This document shows positions 47,529 to 56,852 of a DNA stretch of 57,880 bases, in pieces. A model generated the notes under the pieces. The model saw only the letters and a program-made list of their open reading frames with translations. It was not told the origin of the DNA and made no database searches. How positions within the stretch are numbered: the first letter of the stretch is position 1; every line of letters begins with the position of its first letter. A program made the translations under genes and the position numbers. The stretch is from a virus. Lineage: Duplodnaviria; Caudoviricetes. The stretch covers positions 1 through 57,880 of the IMG/VR virus record IMGVR_UViG_3300033388_001119. One strand, given 5' to 3'.

Positions 47529-47911
47529 TCATGCAGCTCGGCGTGACATCTTGCACACAATACTATGCATTTGTTTATTTCATCCATTATAGTTTGCTTA
47601 CCAAAACCTCTGTGAATTAAGTTACTCACTTCTGCTAGTTTGTCGTCATTTGGATGATGAAACTGTAAAGCTCTAACGCTAAATGAAGGGTGAGTTTCTT
47701 TAGAGTAACCGCATTTTGCACACTTTAATTTAGACTTATACTGAGCGGACCACACTCTATTAACTTCCCTGTAATGAGTTTTACCATGTTGATAACACTT
47801 TTTACATATATGTCTATAATATTTTTTACCTTTCTTAATACCTGCCGAGGGGAAGGATGTGGGAGGGAAGGACGCTGAACACTTCTTACACTTTCTTTTG
47901 TTCACACTCAT
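47525..47911 (-). CDS. HNH endonuclease with Zn-binding CxxC pairs
   Basis: CAKCG...LQFHH...KCIVLCARCHAELH. Confidence 0.88.
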   Translation of the reverse strand: MSVNKRKCKKCSASFPPTSFPSAGIKKGKKYYRHICKKCYQHGKTHYREVNRVWSAQYKSKLKCAKCGYSKETHPSFSVRALQFHHPNDDKLAEVSNLIHRGFGKQTIMDEINKCIVLCARCHAELHD

Positions 47912-48089
47912 AAGAGACAGAAGAGTTAATCTCTTTTAGTTTTAAAATAAGGGCCGAGATTTTACCCTGGGTAGTATAATACTCCTCATCTATTAACGAT
48001 TCATAAATGTCGTCCGTTAGGTCGTTGATCTCCTTCATAACGAAGTTGACATGGTTAACCTTGTGAAATTTTACACCGGACTTTTTCAT
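47886..48089 (-). CDS. Hypothetical protein (67 aa)
   Basis: ORF track. Confidence 0.75.
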   Translation of the reverse strand: MKKSGVKFHKVNHVNFVMKEINDLTDDIYESLIDEEYYTTQGKISALILKLKEINSSVSYECEQKKV

Positions 48090-48092
48090 AAA

Positions 48093-48269
48093 TCAATCAA
48101 TCTTAACTAATGAATCTATATTTACTTTAAACACTTTTTGGTTACCTTCTTTAATATAAGAAACTAATGCATAGTTAGGTGTTAAAGTTTTAATATAGAC
48201 TCTATTTCCGTTATGGGTTAGTCTACGTTTCATTAATTCATAATCAATTCCTTCTTCAAATGTAAACAT
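48093..48269 (-). CDS. Small hypothetical protein (58 aa; alternative start 48233)
   Basis: Hand translation MFTFEEGIDYELMKRRLTHNG...; fills the gap. Confidence 0.6.
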   Translation of the reverse strand: MFTFEEGIDYELMKRRLTHNGNRVYIKTLTPNYALVSYIKEGNQKVFKVNIDSLVKID

Positions 48270-48286
48270 AATTTTCGAATTTATTT

Positions 48287-48598
48287 TTAATTATCCTTTA
48301 AATAGATGTCAATTTCATCTAAACTCAAGTCTATAAGGGAATATTTAAGCCTAGGAGCATACTCCATCTCTGTTTCGTAATAAGGAGTGGTCTTGTGACC
48401 CATCCCTGTGTTTTTATCTACATGGTAATTGTAGGGCTCCCATATTATTCTATATCGTCTTACAGCTCCTGATGGTATGTTGTGACGCCTAGCCGTGGCG
48501 TATACACTTCTCCCTTTTAACATGTCTTTTATAACACTTAACTTCTCCTCTTCAGAAAGATAGTAAGGGATTCCAGCTGGAATTTTATTTTGTTTCAT
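48287..48598 (-). CDS. Helix-turn-helix protein
   Basis: SEEEKLSVI...GRSVYATARRHNIPSGAVRRY. Confidence 0.7.
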   Translation of the reverse strand: MKQNKIPAGIPYYLSEEEKLSVIKDMLKGRSVYATARRHNIPSGAVRRYRIIWEPYNYHVDKNTGMGHKTTPYYETEMEYAPRLKYSLIDLSLDEIDIYLKDN

Positions 48599-49002
48599 AC
48601 CATAGATCTTACAGGGGTATCACTTAACTCCACTCTTTTTCCTTCTAATAATAAGTCTAGAAACTTATCAGACGATACAACCTTATAGTGGTCGACAATA
48701 TACGAATTTTCCTTATTACTTTCAAAGTATATTTCTACAAATATCTGCTCACCATCAATATTGAATACATGCCCTAGGTTCCATACTTTATATCCGTCTG
48801 CATAATTAGCATAAAGAATATCTCTTGGAGACATAGGCTCCTGTTTAGATATATCATTGGTTATACGTTTTAATAAGTCTTCAAAATGTTTCCATTCGAT
48901 AACCCCATGTATTGTCCCATCGTTTAATATTTCTATTAAATCATATGTTATTGTTATTTCTATTGCGCTCATTTCCTTTGTATATTTCTGTTTTACATCC
49001 AT
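48595..49002 (-). CDS. Hypothetical protein (135 aa; start uncertain)
   Basis: ORF track. Confidence 0.7.
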   Translation of the reverse strand: MDVKQKYTKEMSAIEITITYDLIEILNDGTIHGVIEWKHFEDLLKRITNDISKQEPMSPRDILYANYADGYKVWNLGHVFNIDGEQIFVEIYFESNKENSYIVDHYKVVSSDKFLDLLLEGKRVELSDTPVRSMV

Positions 49003-49210
49003 GTTTCTCTATCTCTTTTAATCGATACTCTTGTAGTTTAGATAACTTACCGGTTGGTGTTTTTATTTCTGAAAACAAAACATCCGCACCTGGTGGTATA
49101 GCTATTAAATCAGGAATACCGTTCTTGTTTGTTTTTATTAATTTAATTACATAGAACCCTTGTGATTCTAATTCTTTTATTCTCTTTGCTTGTATTTGTT
49201 GTTCGGTCAT
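48941..49210 (-). CDS. VRR-NUC family nuclease
   Basis: TEQQIQ...GIPDLI...FSEIKTPTGKLSKLQ. Confidence 0.88.
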   Translation of the reverse strand: MTEQQIQAKRIKELESQGFYVIKLIKTNKNGIPDLIAIPPGADVLFSEIKTPTGKLSKLQEYRLKEIEKHGCKTEIYKGNERNRNNNNI

Positions 49211-50439
49211 ATAGCAAAGTCTTTCTTAAAGTGTTTTAATGTATAATCTTTTTTATTATTAACAGCCCTGTAGATTTTATCTTCGATACCTCCTTTAGAG
49301 AATACCCAATACACTTTATTATATGTTCTATCTTTGGTTGTCATTCGATCACGACTCTGCCAATAACTAGTAGCGCTAAAGTCTATGTTGTAATATACTA
49401 AATATTTAGCCTCCCTCAAAGATATACCTTCCCTACCACTCACAATTTGTAAAGCAATATTCTTACCGGTGGAGTTGAATTCTTCTAAGTCTGTGGTTAA
49501 GTTGTCTTCAAATACTTCTTTAAGTAGCCTGAGTTCAGCCTGAAACTTATAGAATATACCTATCTTTACATCCTTAAATTTTTCCGCAATAAACTTAGCC
49601 TTAGCCTTATCTATTATCATACTGTTTTTAGATTCAAATATTACTGTGCCAGAGTACATTTGATGCAGCTTCTGCATAACTTTAACACCTGTGTCTGCCA
49701 ATATGACCTCCTCTTTACCTTCTATAACCTTATCTCGCTGTAGTTGTTTACATAGTTTGTAGGTGGTAGGATTCATATCTACGTATAATATCTCCTCATC
49801 AATAGATGAAGCAAACCCAGCTTCTTGCTGAGTAAAGGAAATAGTATAAGGTTTCATAGCGTCTATAACTAAGCTGCGTTTAGTGTATGAATAATCGGTT
49901 GTTGTTTGAATACCATACCTAATTGTTTTCTTATTGACATAATCATTAGCCCATCCGTAAAAGTTTTTATAAGATTTAAAAGGGTTGTTTTTATATCCGT
50001 ATACCTGGTGATACATTTGAGAAAAACTTTCTGGTGTAGGTGTACCTGACATTAAAATCAACTTAGAACCCCATGTTCTTAGGTCTGCTTTTAGTCTCTT
50101 AGCCCTTGATGAAGGCTTCGGAAACGCACCTAATGAATGAGCCTCATCAGCTACAATAACATCAGGATGAAAATGTAAATCAATCTTATGGGAGCTTTCG
50201 TAGTTGATTACTTGTAAATCAAACCCAGGGTTTAACATTTTGTAGTCGTACTCAATACTTGATATCGCTTTCTTTTTAGTAAGGAACAATACACGATTAA
50301 CGTTTAGTTTATCACAGATACCTAAAGCAGTAAGCGTCTTGCCTGTCCTAACCTCCATTGCTAAATACAGGAGTCCATGTTCTTGTATTATATCTGTTCC
50401 TTCATTTATTATTCTCGTTTGATAGTCTCTAAATTCCAT
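49207..50439 (-). CDS. SF2 (SNF2-like) helicase
   Basis: RTGKT, VADEAH, MSGTP, GREGISL, QSRDR motifs. Confidence 0.9.
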   Translation of the reverse strand: MEFRDYQTRIINEGTDIIQEHGLLYLAMEVRTGKTLTALGICDKLNVNRVLFLTKKKAISSIEYDYKMLNPGFDLQVINYESSHKIDLHFHPDVIVADEAHSLGAFPKPSSRAKRLKADLRTWGSKLILMSGTPTPESFSQMYHQVYGYKNNPFKSYKNFYGWANDYVNKKTIRYGIQTTTDYSYTKRSLVIDAMKPYTISFTQQEAGFASSIDEEILYVDMNPTTYKLCKQLQRDKVIEGKEEVILADTGVKVMQKLHQMYSGTVIFESKNSMIIDKAKAKFIAEKFKDVKIGIFYKFQAELRLLKEVFEDNLTTDLEEFNSTGKNIALQIVSGREGISLREAKYLVYYNIDFSATSYWQSRDRMTTKDRTYNKVYWVFSKGGIEDKIYRAVNNKKDYTLKHFKKDFAI

Positions 50440-50705
50440 TCTTTTTCTAATAATTTTCTCTCGTTAAATAATCTCTGACACCTTTCGTATAACTCTAATT
50501 CTTCATAGTGTTCAATTAATATAGTATATATATCTTCCTTATGGTCGTCACTTTTAAAACCGTTATAAGGATCGAATAAGAACATATGAACCCTATCGTC
50601 ATCTTCTAGGATATCTTCTATTTCTTTGTTTCGTACCAACACTTGATAGGTGTTGTCTATTATTTCATCTAGGTGTTCGTAAAACCAGTGGTCGTCTAAT
50701 TCCAT
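50409..50705 (-). CDS. Acidic hypothetical protein (98 aa)
   Basis: ORF track; E.YE.C C-terminal motif. Confidence 0.75.
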   Translation of the reverse strand: MELDDHWFYEHLDEIIDNTYQVLVRNKEIEDILEDDDRVHMFLFDPYNGFKSDDHKEDIYTILIEHYEELELYERCQRLFNERKLLEKEWNLETIKRE

Positions 50706-53068
50706 AAGGCAGCTTGAGTTATAGGTTCCTTGAAAATAAAGTATATTCCTGTGTTGTCCCTACCTTGCTCCGCTTCTTTTTTAGTCATGTGTTTACACGC
50801 AATTTTAATCCACTTATTCCATTTACTATGAGATAGTTTACTATAGTCTGGGTTCTGTAAAACAAACTCAATCCTTACAGAGTTACTATTTATCTTGGTA
50901 TCGTACGGAAATAACTCTTTATTTTCAGCTATAAAGGTAACGAATTCTCTGCAAGTCTCAGCCTCAAACTTCCTATCTTTAAGATTTTTAAACGGCGCTG
51001 ATATCAATCCTTTACTTAAAAACAATTGCAAACACTTAACCATATAGTTATCGAAACTGCACCATTCATCTGAGTCCCAGTCATTAAAGAACAGCTTACC
51101 AAACTCATCTAAGGGAGTAAACTCTTTAGAGTAGTGAGCGTAAAATTCTAATTCCCACTTTCTTCTTTCATATGAATTACCCTTACCCTTTATGGCGTAG
51201 TTAGTGGTGATAACAACTTTAGGTGAGTCTTTGAAAGCTATCTTGATAGCGTCCTTGTTTTTCTTTTCCAAAGTAATACCCTCAGTAATTAAGCTAAACA
51301 ACCTTTCAAACTCAAAGTTTTTCTTTACATCATCAAAGGTTAATATTTGAGTATCAACGGATACTAATTGGTAAGCAAAGGAGCGTTCAAATAAGAAAGC
51401 TTTACCATCTATGGTAACATTCTTTTTTAATTGAGATACTCCTTGAACAAATAAACCTTTGCCTGTTCCACCCTCAGGATCATCAGATATAACCTCATCA
51501 TTTATAATTACAGCCGGGCAATACCCAGCATTCTTAAATCCATGTAGTAAAAAACCTATCGTACTTCTTACTGCTAAAATTCTATTTAAATTAGACTCAC
51601 TAACGTTAGAAATAAACTTAGAATAATCACAGTCTATATCATCACATATTTCAAATTCCCTATCAATTATCTGGTCCTTCCAAACAAACCCTGGTAAGTT
51701 ATCGTATTCAATTAAGTTTAAATTATTTTTAGTAACTTCCAGGGCTACGTTTTTGTAGTACAAGTATGAGTGGGTGGTGGTGTCGCTCATAAAATGTATT
51801 TGCTTGTAAGATAAAAGAGATAAGAAATCGTCTTTAAAATACTTAGTTCTTTCAGCAAAGTGGTTGTAAATAGATAAGTCTTCTAGGTTAATTAGGAAGT
51901 CTAGCACATGGTCTTTAATCCTGTCCTCGGTAGTAATATCAATTACATTAGAGGTTATAGAAATAAAAATGTAGTTCTCACTCCCTTCTGGTTTGTACTT
52001 ATAAAAGCCAACCTTCTCTAGATATTCCTTAAACTTGAACGGTATTAAGCTGACCACTCCTCGTTCTGATTTTACCCAGAAGTCTGAGCTGCCTATCTTC
52101 TCTTCTTCGTTCTTTATAACTAGGTCTATAGTTTCGCCCTCGAACCCTTGTGTTTTGAGCTGAGAGCGTATCTCCTTTTTTGGCACACCTACTCGTAACT
52201 TTCTACTAACCTCCTCTCTAGCGCTTGTGTCTTCAAAGAAACGTGTGTTAAAGTTTGCTACATTAGCATATGCACTATTAATAGTGGTCTGCATTTCTGA
52301 AGAAGAAAACCCATTACCTATGTATTCGCTTAATACATAAACAGCTGATGTCTTATCTATGCCGAAATCATTTAAAGCAGAGGCTAAAATAAATATATTA
52401 TTATTTCGTTGCCCCTCAATCATTCCGTATTTACTTTCCCACCATTTTTTTAATCGCTTGATTATAGTGTCGTGTTCAGTTAAAACAAACGTAGGTTGTG
52501 CTGATGTATACTCTAGCTGTTCATGACTTACAATCTCTAAGCTATCATAAACTTTGCTCTCTTTATTTATATAAATATCAGGGTCGTAACTTTCATAACA
52601 AACTCTAGATATATTTTTAGACGTTGGGTCAAACTCATCAATGTTGTAATAGTCTTGCAAAGACATAAAATACTTGACATGATTCTCAGGATCCTGCGGT
52701 ATCTTAACTATAACCTTTAAACCATTGCCACTTGGTGAGGTAAAAACTGAATATGAATATTCATCACTAGTTAAAGTGTTGCGTGTTTTAAGTAAGTCTT
52801 TAGTAGATTTAAATCCATCAAAGTCTAAACAAATAAAACCGCTGTGTTGAAGTATTGACTTATCTTTTCTTTCACTAAACTCTCCGCTAAAACATACAGC
52901 TGGTAGCTGTTGCTTAATAAGGTTTCTTTTCTCCTTGTCTTCCTCTTTGCGAATTGTTTCAATTAAGCCCTTACTTTTCCCCTCTTTAATTCTATTTAAT
53001 ATAGGTCCTATATCACGATAGAAGGGAACAGATGTGTCTTTAATACTTTTAAATATAGTTACTCGCAT
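50696..53068 (-). CDS. Primase-helicase (BT4734/VirE-N-like primase, PriCT, P-loop helicase)
   Basis: KQQLPAV.FSG, ICLDFD, SPSGNGLK, GQRNN, GGTGKG, TFDD, ITTN. Confidence 0.85.
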   Translation of the reverse strand: MRVTIFKSIKDTSVPFYRDIGPILNRIKEGKSKGLIETIRKEEDKEKRNLIKQQLPAVCFSGEFSERKDKSILQHSGFICLDFDGFKSTKDLLKTRNTLTSDEYSYSVFTSPSGNGLKVIVKIPQDPENHVKYFMSLQDYYNIDEFDPTSKNISRVCYESYDPDIYINKESKVYDSLEIVSHEQLEYTSAQPTFVLTEHDTIIKRLKKWWESKYGMIEGQRNNNIFILASALNDFGIDKTSAVYVLSEYIGNGFSSSEMQTTINSAYANVANFNTRFFEDTSAREEVSRKLRVGVPKKEIRSQLKTQGFEGETIDLVIKNEEEKIGSSDFWVKSERGVVSLIPFKFKEYLEKVGFYKYKPEGSENYIFISITSNVIDITTEDRIKDHVLDFLINLEDLSIYNHFAERTKYFKDDFLSLLSYKQIHFMSDTTTHSYLYYKNVALEVTKNNLNLIEYDNLPGFVWKDQIIDREFEICDDIDCDYSKFISNVSESNLNRILAVRSTIGFLLHGFKNAGYCPAVIINDEVISDDPEGGTGKGLFVQGVSQLKKNVTIDGKAFLFERSFAYQLVSVDTQILTFDDVKKNFEFERLFSLITEGITLEKKNKDAIKIAFKDSPKVVITTNYAIKGKGNSYERRKWELEFYAHYSKEFTPLDEFGKLFFNDWDSDEWCSFDNYMVKCLQLFLSKGLISAPFKNLKDRKFEAETCREFVTFIAENKELFPYDTKINSNSVRIEFVLQNPDYSKLSHSKWNKWIKIACKHMTKKEAEQGRDNTGIYFIFKEPITQAALWN

Positions 53069-53073
53069 ATTCT

Positions 53074-53148
53074 AAAAAAGGGTGGCGAGCGTGTATTAAT
53101 CAGATATCAAATCACAAACAACTATGTTTATAAAATGCCACCACCCTA
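53074..53148 (-). terminator. Terminator-like stem with an unusually large loop
   Basis: Minus strand agggtgg...ccaccct followed by a T-run; loop over 50 nt. Confidence 0.55.
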
Positions 53149-53163
53149 AATTTTAAAAGTTAA

Positions 53164-53457
53164 TTAAAACGGTAAGTCCTCAGCAGGAGGCATCGCTCCA
53201 TTACTAGATGATACTTCCCCTTCTTTCTCAGCCACAGCAATCGCTCCGTCTGTCCATACTACCTTTCCGTTACCTATGTAGTTACGTTTCTTTTTAGCCT
53301 CCCTTTCTTCTTTTGTGGGGGTCTCGTACGTGCCTACGTTGTTACCGAATTTTGTCTCGTCATTTACTGCGGTTGTAACTAATAGTAATTTACCGTCTTT
53401 TAATCTAGACTTATCTACTTTAGTTAAGTCAATGTAATGATTAATAATTGTTGCCAT
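53164..53457 (-). CDS. Probable single-stranded DNA-binding protein
   Basis: Acidic EDLPF tail; sits after the recombination genes. Confidence 0.7.
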   Translation of the reverse strand: MATIINHYIDLTKVDKSRLKDGKLLLVTTAVNDETKFGNNVGTYETPTKEEREAKKKRNYIGNGKVVWTDGAIAVAEKEGEVSSSNGAMPPAEDLPF

Positions 53458-53467
53458 AATTTAAAAT

Positions 53468-54229
53468 TTATAGTGTTTGGTTAATAAAATATTGATTGAT
53501 ATCTTCGGGAGCATTCGCAACGAAAAACTTCTCGTAAACCTCAATCGCTCTGAATACTTTTTGTCTTCCGTATTCAAGGAAGTCTTCTGAACATTCAAAT
53601 AATCCTGTCTTGCAACTGTTTTTCTCAACCACAATAAACTTTAATGGCCTATCAAAGAACTGACCATAAAGCCATGCTTGGCTGTCGTAATTATATTTGC
53701 GTGCAGAGTATTTAAAATCCTCTATTGATGAAGTTGTTTTGAGATCTATTAAGCAATCTGGCGCTACAATATCAGCCTTTCCTTTCCACAAATGACCTCC
53801 TATTTCTTTTATAATAGGTTGTTCAAATTTATTTTTAGGGGAATACATCATATCATAGAACACAAAATTCATTCTAATAGATTTAGCCATCTGAGACAAC
53901 ATATCTATCTCTTTGCTAAGCAACGCTTGCTTGCCAAACTCTTTATAGATTTTAGTATTTCTACTTGAGCAATCTACAATGTCGTATTCGCTTAGCTTTT
54001 GTGGCTCTAATAAATGTGTGTGGAAGTAACGACCTTGCAACATAGCGACTGTGGCGTCCTTTGTTTTTCTAAAGTCCTTAGGGTTCCCTAATAAAGAACC
54101 TATATCAGAATTAGATAAATAATTTCTACCAAAGTCACCATAGTAATGAGTGTCATCCTCTAATTTCTTGATGTCCTTCTTGGTGAAAGCTGCAGCCATA
54201 GGCTTAGTATTAAGTTCGTCTAAAATCAT
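53468..54229 (-). CDS. RecE/ExoVIII-like PD-(D/E)XK exonuclease
   Basis: LSNSDI, GRYFH...LEP, KGKAD...IDLKTT, YDSQAWLY. Confidence 0.85.
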   Translation of the reverse strand: MILDELNTKPMAAAFTKKDIKKLEDDTHYYGDFGRNYLSNSDIGSLLGNPKDFRKTKDATVAMLQGRYFHTHLLEPQKLSEYDIVDCSSRNTKIYKEFGKQALLSKEIDMLSQMAKSIRMNFVFYDMMYSPKNKFEQPIIKEIGGHLWKGKADIVAPDCLIDLKTTSSIEDFKYSARKYNYDSQAWLYGQFFDRPLKFIVVEKNSCKTGLFECSEDFLEYGRQKVFRAIEVYEKFFVANAPEDINQYFINQTL

Positions 54230-54813
54230 ACCGCTACATATTTATTTAATTCTTCCTGAACTGTTGGTGCTATCTTATATTTCTGAGATAAAGAATCAAT
54301 TATCTTATTCATTCCCATCTTTTTGTTTTCAATAACCCAATTCAAAACCTTCTCCCAATTATCATCCTCAATCTCTAACTTCTTTATAACTCTCTTAACT
54401 ACCGGTGCGGTGTCGATTAAATCTTCACCTGCATATACTGACAGTCCTAATCCATGTAAAGCTAATGCTTTAACTGTTGATCGCTGTATAGAAGTATTAA
54501 CATCGAAGCTTGTTATTTGGTCTAGCTTTATAGACTTTGGCCTACCAGCTGTATTCATAATTGGCAAGTAATCAATGTACTCTACACCATTTATCTCTAC
54601 ACCTACTTTAACCCAAGCTGTATGTCCATCAGTAAAGTAATTCATACCTTCTGTTGTTTCGTATACTATTCTTCTTAAGGTTGGATAATGTTTCTTAGCA
54701 AATGCCCAAGCGTGTGCCCAGGATAAGTAAGATAGTTGTCCTTTCTTTTCTACTTTCTCTGCTACTTTGACAGCAGAAAGCGTGTCAAATACTGACTTTG
54801 TTGTTGTTCCCAT
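54226..54813 (-). CDS. Sak3/DUF1071-like single-strand annealing protein
   Basis: LSYLSWAHAW...QRSTVKALALHGLGLSVYAGEDL. Confidence 0.85.
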   Translation of the reverse strand: MGTTTKSVFDTLSAVKVAEKVEKKGQLSYLSWAHAWAFAKKHYPTLRRIVYETTEGMNYFTDGHTAWVKVGVEINGVEYIDYLPIMNTAGRPKSIKLDQITSFDVNTSIQRSTVKALALHGLGLSVYAGEDLIDTAPVVKRVIKKLEIEDDNWEKVLNWVIENKKMGMNKIIDSLSQKYKIAPTVQEELNKYVAV

Positions 54814-54833
54814 ATATATTTATTTTATGATTA

Positions 54834-55202
54834 TTATTTCCATCTACTTATAAACTCAGCCAACGAGTTATCCGTAGATAGTTTATCTTGAATTTGCTTT
54901 ACTCCGTATAAAATTGTGGAGTTGGCCGCATTGTAACCATTAGTCTTCATACATCTCGATATTGTAGCTAACTTATACCCATTCTCTTTAAGTATATAGT
55001 AAATTATGTATCGTGATTGTGTGATGTGGTTGTCTTTAGTTTTTTGAAATAATTCTGAAGGCTCAGTTCTAGTTATATTAGATACTGCTTCTACTACTTC
55101 ATCAAACAAATCGTAGTCTACTATCATTTTATTATATTTTAAGTAATCCTCTTCTGTGGGGGGATATCTTGTGTCTGCCCATATTTCCTTAGTTCTCTGC
55201 AT
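54834..55202 (-). CDS. Stand-alone DnaA domain-IV-like DNA-binding protein
   Basis: SRYIIYYIL...LATISR...NSTILYGVKQI parallels DnaA RQIAMYL...DHTTVLHA. Confidence 0.65.
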   Translation of the reverse strand: MQRTKEIWADTRYPPTEEDYLKYNKMIVDYDLFDEVVEAVSNITRTEPSELFQKTKDNHITQSRYIIYYILKENGYKLATISRCMKTNGYNAANSTILYGVKQIQDKLSTDNSLAEFISRWK

Positions 55203-55218
55203 AGGTTTAATATTTATT

Positions 55219-55226
55219 CAAATGTA
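55219..55226 (-). promoter_or_regulatory. -7 promoter box TACATTTG
   Basis: Intergenic, upstream of ATG 55202. Confidence 0.55.
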
Positions 55227-55514
55227 TTATAATTTATTATCAATTCCAAATATTTTATTTATATTTTTTCCTAGGTCTGAATAGTTCGGGCATTCCTTAC
55301 ATAAGCCTGTGATTTCATTGACTAATTGTATAATACCTACCGCCATCATCTTCTCACTACCTGTGCCGCTGTTGAGTTTTTTATGTGCTTTATTAACTAA
55401 ATCTGTTATCTTTTTATTAACTTTATCTGTTTGGTCTTCACATTTTTCTTCAACAGTCTTAGGTTTGTAATACTCCTTTGTTTGCCTAAGTTCATTAAGT
55501 GTACGTTTCTTCAT
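55227..55514 (-). CDS. Hypothetical protein (95 aa)
   Basis: ORF track. Confidence 0.75.
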   Translation of the reverse strand: MKKRTLNELRQTKEYYKPKTVEEKCEDQTDKVNKKITDLVNKAHKKLNSGTGSEKMMAVGIIQLVNEITGLCKECPNYSDLGKNINKIFGIDNKL

Positions 55515-55573
55515 AGTGTTTAAATTATCCTTCCCTCATCAATGATGAGTGTGAACAAGGTAATTATTTTTAT

Positions 55574-56851
55574 TCATTTAGACAAATCCATATTACTTAG
55601 GATATGTGATATAACGTCTATTGTCCATCCATTGCCTAGCATTTTATATCGCTGACTATTAGATACGTGGTTGGTATAGTTATCAGGCACGGTTTGTAAC
55701 CTCTCACATTCAAGTGGTGTTAACTTCCTGTAGTGATAACCATCCACCACGTTAGGATTTTCTTCATCCGATTGTTTAGTTGGTACCATAGTTCTCTGTT
55801 TACGTTCTATCGAATTCCAAGCTACAGCTCCTCCATAGCTCGCTGTTAATGAATACGCTTTACCGGTCTTAGTCGCTGACTTATTCTCAAACACCATATA
55901 GTCGTAGTTGGCAGCTGTTAGGCAGTTAGATTTATCCTTCATGTTTCTACCTCTACGTGTCTTACTATTAGGAAATGTAAAGTCGAAGCAGTCGCCCTCC
56001 TGGATTTCAGTATACCCTTTCTTTGTCGCTTCTTTGACTATTAACACTTTAGGCTCTCTATTACCTCCCGTACATGTATTGACTGTCGGTGACTTAGCTT
56101 TGCTACCATACACTCTTTTTAATGATGCATGCCCATTGATGTCGTCTGCGTCCGCAACATGATGACATACAGCATTAACATCAAAATCTCTAGGTGTAGC
56201 TGGCCTAATACCGGTCATTGCTTGATTACCAAAACCTTTATAATCTCTAGCTAATAAACAATGTGACTTATCTATATTAGACTTAGTAGCTTTCTTTCCT
56301 TGGTTAGCTACCATATCAGCAACTTCGTTAGGTGATAGTAATATATCCCTTAACACTATACCTTTGTCTTTAGGTTGTGTAACATTAGGAATGTTAGTCC
56401 AATATAATCTTCGTCTATTCTGAGCTGATAGTAGTGAGGAGTTAATGTCTATAGGTTCTACACCCATTTCTTTAGTTATAATATCCTTATACTCTTTCTT
56501 CATATTCACGTTCTCTAATAAAAAGTATTTAGGTTTTAACTCTCTTACTAATCTAACAAACTCAAAGAATAACTTACTACGTGGATCGTCAAAGTTAAGT
56601 TGCTTACCTGCGAAACTAAAACCTTGACATGGTGAACCAGCAAGTATAAGGTCTATCTTCTCGTCTCCAAAATCATCAGCCTTAATCTGTGTTACATCTC
56701 CAATTTGTATTGTGTTAGGATAGTTGGCTTGCGTTACTTTAATCGCATACTTATCTATCTCACTTGCGTAATAGGTATCGTACTCAATACCCAATCGGTT
56801 GAGGGCAAGCTGACCGCAGCTCATCCCATCAAATAAACTTAGTACATTCAT
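55574..56851 (-). CDS. DNA (cytosine-5) methyltransferase
   Basis: LSLFDG, GSPCQ, ENV, QNRRR, RKLTPLECERLQ, LGNGW motifs. Confidence 0.95.
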   Translation of the reverse strand: MNVLSLFDGMSCGQLALNRLGIEYDTYYASEIDKYAIKVTQANYPNTIQIGDVTQIKADDFGDEKIDLILAGSPCQGFSFAGKQLNFDDPRSKLFFEFVRLVRELKPKYFLLENVNMKKEYKDIITKEMGVEPIDINSSLLSAQNRRRLYWTNIPNVTQPKDKGIVLRDILLSPNEVADMVANQGKKATKSNIDKSHCLLARDYKGFGNQAMTGIRPATPRDFDVNAVCHHVADADDINGHASLKRVYGSKAKSPTVNTCTGGNREPKVLIVKEATKKGYTEIQEGDCFDFTFPNSKTRRGRNMKDKSNCLTAANYDYMVFENKSATKTGKAYSLTASYGGAVAWNSIERKQRTMVPTKQSDEENPNVVDGYHYRKLTPLECERLQTVPDNYTNHVSNSQRYKMLGNGWTIDVISHILSNMDLSK

Positions 56852-56852
56852 G

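Noticed and set aside
973-55557. ATGAGTGTGAACA as a phage-specific promoter
   Set aside because: Neither orientation agrees with gene direction at all copies
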